Source: a virus
Reading direction: 5' to 3' (one strand)
IMG/VR virus record: IMGVR_UViG_3300005253_000051
Coordinates: 1-64,000 of that record
DNA length: 64,000 bases
The stretch's first letter is position 1. The number at the start of each line of letters is the position of its first letter. A program made the translations under genes and the position numbers. Shown piece after piece: positions 59,382 through 64,000 of this stretch. Under the pieces are notes generated by a model. It did no database searches. It was not told the origin of the DNA and saw only the letters and a list, made by a program, of their open reading frames with translations.

Positions 59382-61932
59382 CGCCGTAATTCACTTTCAT
59401 TTGGTCCAGGTCACCAATTTGATACTCGGTAGCCCACCCAAAAACGTTGTCCGAATCGATCTTGTGAAAATTACACCGTTTTCCATCGACCTTTTTGTTG
59501 ATCGTTCCGTTCGACAATTTTTTAAGAGCCGCTCCTATGTATTGAGCGCCGTTTTTGTGTACCGGAGTCTTCATGTAGAGATCCCAGCAGTCAATCGCTC
59601 CCTGCGTGTTAACGAGTAGTTTGCCTGCACCCACCTGAGCCAGCGGGGTTTCTTTCTTGGTGCGGTAGACCTTGGTCAATATCTCCGGTGCGCTCATGAA
59701 ACGCACAAGCCACTCGAACACGTCTTGGTGCGGACCCTGCATCAATAGCCGACGGTGGATCTCAGAGCTTTCCCCCTCGACGATGAATCGCTTGCCGGGG
59801 GTGACAACGCGATTGTCCCGCAGCCACAGCAGGTGTCTCGCCATGAGATCGCCCACTACCCATCGATCGGTGAGACAGTTTGCCGGGTTGTTCTCGACGA
59901 GCCAATCTGCCGCGGCTTCGGTTGCGCTCAGGTGAAGGAATCGACGCGACACCGCCTTCATGTCTTCTTGCGTCATATTTTCGCTGCCCATCGATAGCAC
60001 CGAATCATTGTTCGCGCCGATGAGCAGCCGCACGCTGCCACGCACACGGTGATTCGCGAGGTACTTCTCGGTGCTGGTGAAGCTCGTGGCGCCGATGAGC
60101 GCACGTAGTTTGATAGAAATATCCTTGACGCCCTTCGGCAACCCTTCATCGACGTAGATCAGGGGGCACTGAAAGATGTCGGCGTTGAAACCCGATCCTC
60201 CGATCACGTTTTCGATCAGCGTTGGGCCCCCGTCTTGCCACAGACGGGCGACCCCTTCGGATAAGAGATTTTTCCCTGAACCGGTGGCGCCCGACAAATA
60301 GAGCGCGCAGCACGGCTTGTCGAGAAAGGTCACAACCGCGAGCCAATCGAGAAGTTTTTCGTGGTCGCTAGACAGAAGTAAAAGCCACGTAGCGATGTTG
60401 GTATCGAACCGAGGAGTAAGATTCCGCAAAGGCAAAACGGCGTGATAGAACTCGCGCTCGTCTGTGCTGAAGTAGCTTTCCTGTAGCGTCATATCACCGA
60501 TGATCTTCCTGGCGTTGGTGGCGTACTCCTGAAGTATGCGGCCGATGGTTTTCTGCTTCTCAACGTCCTTGTCGTTGATATACGTGAGATCGAAAATTGC
60601 CGTCGTCTCCCATGCATCCCGTGCATAGACGAGCACTTCGTCGCGCGTGAGTGGGTGGCTGTAGCGCTGAGGCTCGTTGAAGTCGAAGACGTGGAAAGTC
60701 GTTTTGTGCTGGATGATCGCATGCTGGCGAACGAACGCGGACTCGTGTTGATCGTCGCTGGGCTCGTTGGGCTCATCTGGTTCATCTGGTCCGATTGATT
60801 TGCGCAGCGCTCTTGCTAGCGCTTGGAGCTGCGGCGATTGCTTCGCGTCTTTGACGCGAAAATCTTCCTGAGCGCGCGCCAGTTTTTCCGCTGCTTTTTC
60901 TAACTCCTCGTCGAGCGTCTTCTCTGCGCCGGGTTCTGCGGCCCAGATCGAAAGCGATGCCTCCAGCACGCGGGCGAGCACGACAGGATCCATCGTGCGC
61001 GCGGTCGGGCTTATCCAGACGATTGTGGAGCAAACCGCCTGCATTACCGCATCGCGATTACCGGAGTCGGCGAAACTCTGTCCCATGAGCACCGCGTTGA
61101 TCGCCGCTTTGTTGCGATGCTGTGGATCGAGCACGCGCATTGCGTTGACGACCGGCAGCAAGACGACATCGACCGGTACTGGTCCGGGCGCGGGCGCAGA
61201 CGGCGCGGCTGGCGGCGGCACAGGAACAGCGACAGATATCCTGGAGATCCCAGCTGCGATCTCGCTGGGGTCATAACGCACTGCATTATTGAGGTACTCC
61301 AGACGGACAAGAGCGCGGGCGCCGCCTTTGAGATTGTCAAAGCCGGGCACGCGCCATACGCGCTGGATGGTGGCCGTCGAATCTACTTGCCAGCCCTTGG
61401 CTGCCCCCCTGTCGATGAGGGTCTGCTGAAAGCTCTGATAAGCTCTCTGGGCCTGCTTACGATCGGCCGGCGTCCGAAGAATCCAGGGCTTGTGGAACAG
61501 CCAGTAGGGGTGCCAGCCGTACCCGGTGAACACCAACATGCTGGGGTCGGGCCCGCCGTAAAGCAGGTCGAGCGCGGCGTCGTCGGTTGGTGGAAGATTC
61601 TGTGCTGCGTGGGCGCCTGGGATCTCAGGGTGAGCGACGTCGAGATCTCCTGCGAAACCCGGAAGGGCGATGACATCCTGTTTCCCGCCCTGTTGTCGAT
61701 GACTCAAACCATCGCAGCGAAGTCCAAGACCAAAGTAGACGTTCTTGGTTTGATTCTCAGCAGTTAACTCGGCTATGTCGTCGTCGGTAGCAACGACCAG
61801 ATCGACTAGCGGCACATGGAGTGATTCCCGGGTTGGATTCAGCCAAATTGTAATATTTCCACATGATGGGCTCCCTGTGGGCCACAGCGCCGAGAAAAAC
61901 TCTCGCATCCGCTCCCCCGCATAGCTCGACAA
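59362..61932 (-). CDS. Primase-helicase (RepB/AEP-type primase plus SF3-like helicase)
   Basis: GDLD, TG.G.H.YW, RV.RVPGF.N.K, GATGSGKN, YVDE, SRRF. Confidence 0.9.
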   Translation of the reverse strand: MSSYAGERMREFFSALWPTGSPSCGNITIWLNPTRESLHVPLVDLVVATDDDIAELTAENQTKNVYFGLGLRCDGLSHRQQGGKQDVIALPGFAGDLDVAHPEIPGAHAAQNLPPTDDAALDLLYGGPDPSMLVFTGYGWHPYWLFHKPWILRTPADRKQAQRAYQSFQQTLIDRGAAKGWQVDSTATIQRVWRVPGFDNLKGGARALVRLEYLNNAVRYDPSEIAAGISRISVAVPVPPPAAPSAPAPGPVPVDVVLLPVVNAMRVLDPQHRNKAAINAVLMGQSFADSGNRDAVMQAVCSTIVWISPTARTMDPVVLARVLEASLSIWAAEPGAEKTLDEELEKAAEKLARAQEDFRVKDAKQSPQLQALARALRKSIGPDEPDEPNEPSDDQHESAFVRQHAIIQHKTTFHVFDFNEPQRYSHPLTRDEVLVYARDAWETTAIFDLTYINDKDVEKQKTIGRILQEYATNARKIIGDMTLQESYFSTDEREFYHAVLPLRNLTPRFDTNIATWLLLLSSDHEKLLDWLAVVTFLDKPCCALYLSGATGSGKNLLSEGVARLWQDGGPTLIENVIGGSGFNADIFQCPLIYVDEGLPKGVKDISIKLRALIGATSFTSTEKYLANHRVRGSVRLLIGANNDSVLSMGSENMTQEDMKAVSRRFLHLSATEAAADWLVENNPANCLTDRWVVGDLMARHLLWLRDNRVVTPGKRFIVEGESSEIHRRLLMQGPHQDVFEWLVRFMSAPEILTKVYRTKKETPLAQVGAGKLLVNTQGAIDCWDLYMKTPVHKNGAQYIGAALKKLSNGTINKKVDGKRCNFHKIDSDNVFGWATEYQIGDLDQMKVNYGGEAEKC

Positions 61933-62019
61933 CTACCAACGCTGCCGAGACTAGATTTTGTACGCCTCCTGCGAAGCGGAGTCAAGAGGCTAATCCCGGA
62001 AGGGTGTGTCATTTATGAC

Positions 62020-62463
62020 ACTACGAGGGGTACGAGGGGTTTTCGGAAAACTATTTTATTTGGTTCTGGCTCCCTCTTCAGCTCTTCTATTTCTCTTCTC
62101 TATTATTCTATTTATTTTCTATTATATCTCTATCTCTATATTATTTATTACACTTTTACCAAAACCCCTAGTACCCCTCGTAGTACAGTATAATAAGGCA
62201 AAATCATAGGCTTTTTCACTACGAGGGCTACCCTCGTAGACCCCTCGTGAGCCCTCGTAAAAGCCCTCGTAGTGCCCGCTTGTGCGCCCACGGGATTTCG
62301 AATAAATAAAAAACGCTCACTTTTTTACATCGATGTAAAAAAGTGAGCGTTTTTTAGATCTAGCACCATAGTTACAAAATCAGTGCTTTCGGGGGGCTAT
62401 AGTTACAAAATGAGGTTACTACGAGGGGTCTACGAGGGGTCTACGAGGGCTACCCCTCGTAGT
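62020..62463. repeat. Putative replication origin: TACGAGGG iterons, AT-rich tract, 50-bp palindrome
   Basis: About 11 exact TACGAGGG/CCCTCGTA copies in both orientations, AT-rich 62050-62160, palindrome 62307-62356. Confidence 0.8.
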
Positions 62464-62860
62464 GAAATACTCGATCTGAGGGCACAAAAATGGCCCCCAT
62501 GCTCAGTAGCCTGGGGGCCGGTGGTCCCATGCTGGTTGGCCAGGGAGCCGGGGGCCATTGCCTCCGCTCATCGCGGTTTCGGGGGACACGCAAGATCGGA
62601 AAGCGTCTCTACTATATGAAGATCGCTACCAGAGTCAAGTGCTACATAGGAACTTCAGTTCTGAGTGGGCGGCAGTGACACTGATTCGGCCTTCTCTGGC
62701 GCCTTCGACGGCTTCCCACACGTGCTGGATGGTGTCCAGGATGCGCGCGGCATCTTCTACGTTCTCGTTTTTCACTAGATCACCAATGATTTTCCAGGCT
62801 TCGTTCTTCAGAACTGCTCCTGTAGAGATCTTGGGCGGAATCGTATAGAGTCTTGGCATC

Positions 62861-63310
62861 ATGGCAATCTCCTTCACATTGCTTTCAGCGAACAAGTACC
62901 AACTCGTTTATCGAGCTTCTCAAGATGGCGCAGCAGGGGCCGAACAGCTCATCACCAATCGAGATGCAACTGGTCTCGCAGGTGCCGATCTTCGTCTTGA
63001 TTCCAGAGGTGCTGTAGGCGGATTTGGTGTGGGTGGTGCCATATTCGAGATGGTTTCAACGCCGACGGTTGATGATGCAGCCGCTAAAGCTCTCCTGATC
63101 TCAGGGATAGGGAGAGTCCTTATCACGATCGAACAACGCTCTGCACCGGCTAACGTGGCAGATCGGCAGGTATGGGCCGCTAACATCTTGGAAGGGGGCG
63201 GCGATCCTGCTTCAGCAGGGTTCGCTGTGATAGCGATTGCCGGCCCCGATGTTGGACCAGCTTCTGCTATCGTTCGTGTTCAACGACAGCACAGTTACGT
63301 AAATGAGTAG
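62861..63310 (+). CDS. Putative virion-type beta-rich protein
   Basis: 149 aa Ala/Gly-rich, convergent with next gene. Confidence 0.55.
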   Translation: MAISFTLLSANKYQLVYRASQDGAAGAEQLITNRDATGLAGADLRLDSRGAVGGFGVGGAIFEMVSTPTVDDAAAKALLISGIGRVLITIEQRSAPANVADRQVWAANILEGGGDPASAGFAVIAIAGPDVGPASAIVRVQRQHSYVNE

Positions 63311-63724
63311 TTAGCTGTCTTTAGGGGCAACCGTAAACAACTCTTTGGCGTCGGCGACGCGCTCTTGTCGGAAGGCGTCGATGTCGGCCGCATGCCGGGC
63401 TTGGGAACAGAACGCGCCAGCCATTTCCAGGATGCGGGGGTCGTCGGTGACTTCCTTCAGGTGACGCCCTAGCGCGTCAAGTTGCGCGTGGGGCCAACCA
63501 CGAACGGACTCGGGGTTGAGGTTGGACACAGCGAATTGGATGACCGGTAGCGCGGCATACAGCGCGGCTCGCAGGTCGGCTTCGTCATCCTGGATCTCCG
63601 GGGGGCATTTCTTCAATGCCAGGTTCTCCGCTACCAGCTCGTCGATCCTCTTCTTCATCGTCTGGAATGTCTGGTAGGGGACTGTCATCAAGATTCCCGA
63701 GTAGTTCACGTTCACATCCGACAT
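63311..63724 (-). CDS. Hypothetical helical protein
   Basis: GAGG SD, 137 aa. Confidence 0.6.
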   Translation of the reverse strand: MSDVNVNYSGILMTVPYQTFQTMKKRIDELVAENLALKKCPPEIQDDEADLRAALYAALPVIQFAVSNLNPESVRGWPHAQLDALGRHLKEVTDDPRILEMAGAFCSQARHAADIDAFRQERVADAKELFTVAPKDS

Positions 63725-63923
63725 TTTCCTCTTCTTCCCTTCTTTTGTGCTTTTGAGGGGGCAACTTTACCCCTAGTTCCTGGGCTTTTTTGTAGAACCA
63801 CCCTCGTTCTTTGCCCAAATACTCCGCCGCATCTGAGGCACTTCCGGTAAATTCGAGTGCGTGGCGCAAGATGATGCGGTCGCTTTCATCACGCATCATC
63901 CTGTAACGGTTAGACTTTTTCAT
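63585..63923 (-). CDS. Second stand-alone Fis-type HTH protein
   Basis: E.DRIILRHALEFTG.ASDAAEYLGKERGWFYKK.QELGV. Confidence 0.75.
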   Translation of the reverse strand: MKKSNRYRMMRDESDRIILRHALEFTGSASDAAEYLGKERGWFYKKAQELGVKLPPQKHKRREEEENVGCERELLGNLDDSPLPDIPDDEEEDRRAGSGEPGIEEMPPGDPG

Positions 63924-64000
63924 CGTTACCCGTAGTAATGATTTCGCTAGTGACGGCGTCGTAGGCGGCAGAAGCAGAATCATAGGCGGAGATGGCGGCG

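Noticed and set aside
62861-63310. TLDc domain (LVYRASQDG)
   Set aside because: Remaining TLDc motifs absent

Overview
The whole window reads as part of a large, high-GC bacterial virus genome. No host housekeeping operons, rRNA or tRNA were seen. The host is probably a myxobacterium or relative, judged from a myxobacterial-style RNA polymerase alpha-CTD, DAG-repeat lipoproteins and a lanthipeptide-type leader. Modules: (1) 0.3-7.3 kb lysis and membrane/virion genes (M23 peptidase, lytic transglycosylase, many C-terminally anchored proteins); (2) 7.4-38.4 kb minus-strand accessory region with about 15 paralogs of an Imm5-like Ala-rich gene, a tyrosine recombinase, stand-alone host-like regulator domains, a MoxR/VWA module, and a minimal type V CRISPR locus (511-aa Cas12m/V-U1-like effector with an altered RuvC-II, whose stop codon lies inside the first repeat of a 21-repeat array, no cas1/cas2); (3) 38.5-44.6 kb beta-rich C1q-like putative virion proteins and Cys/Arg-rich basic peptides; (4) 44.7-61.9 kb DNA metabolism (Dam-like MTase, HNH, TSCPD, DUF5664, ThyX, dCMP deaminase, RuvC, PolA, SNF2 helicase, PD-(D/E)XK nuclease, primase-helicase); (5) an iteron-rich putative origin with a perfect 50-bp palindrome at 62.0-62.5 kb. 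No terminase, portal, tail or recognisable major capsid gene is in the window. All family calls are from motif recognition by eye, not database searches.
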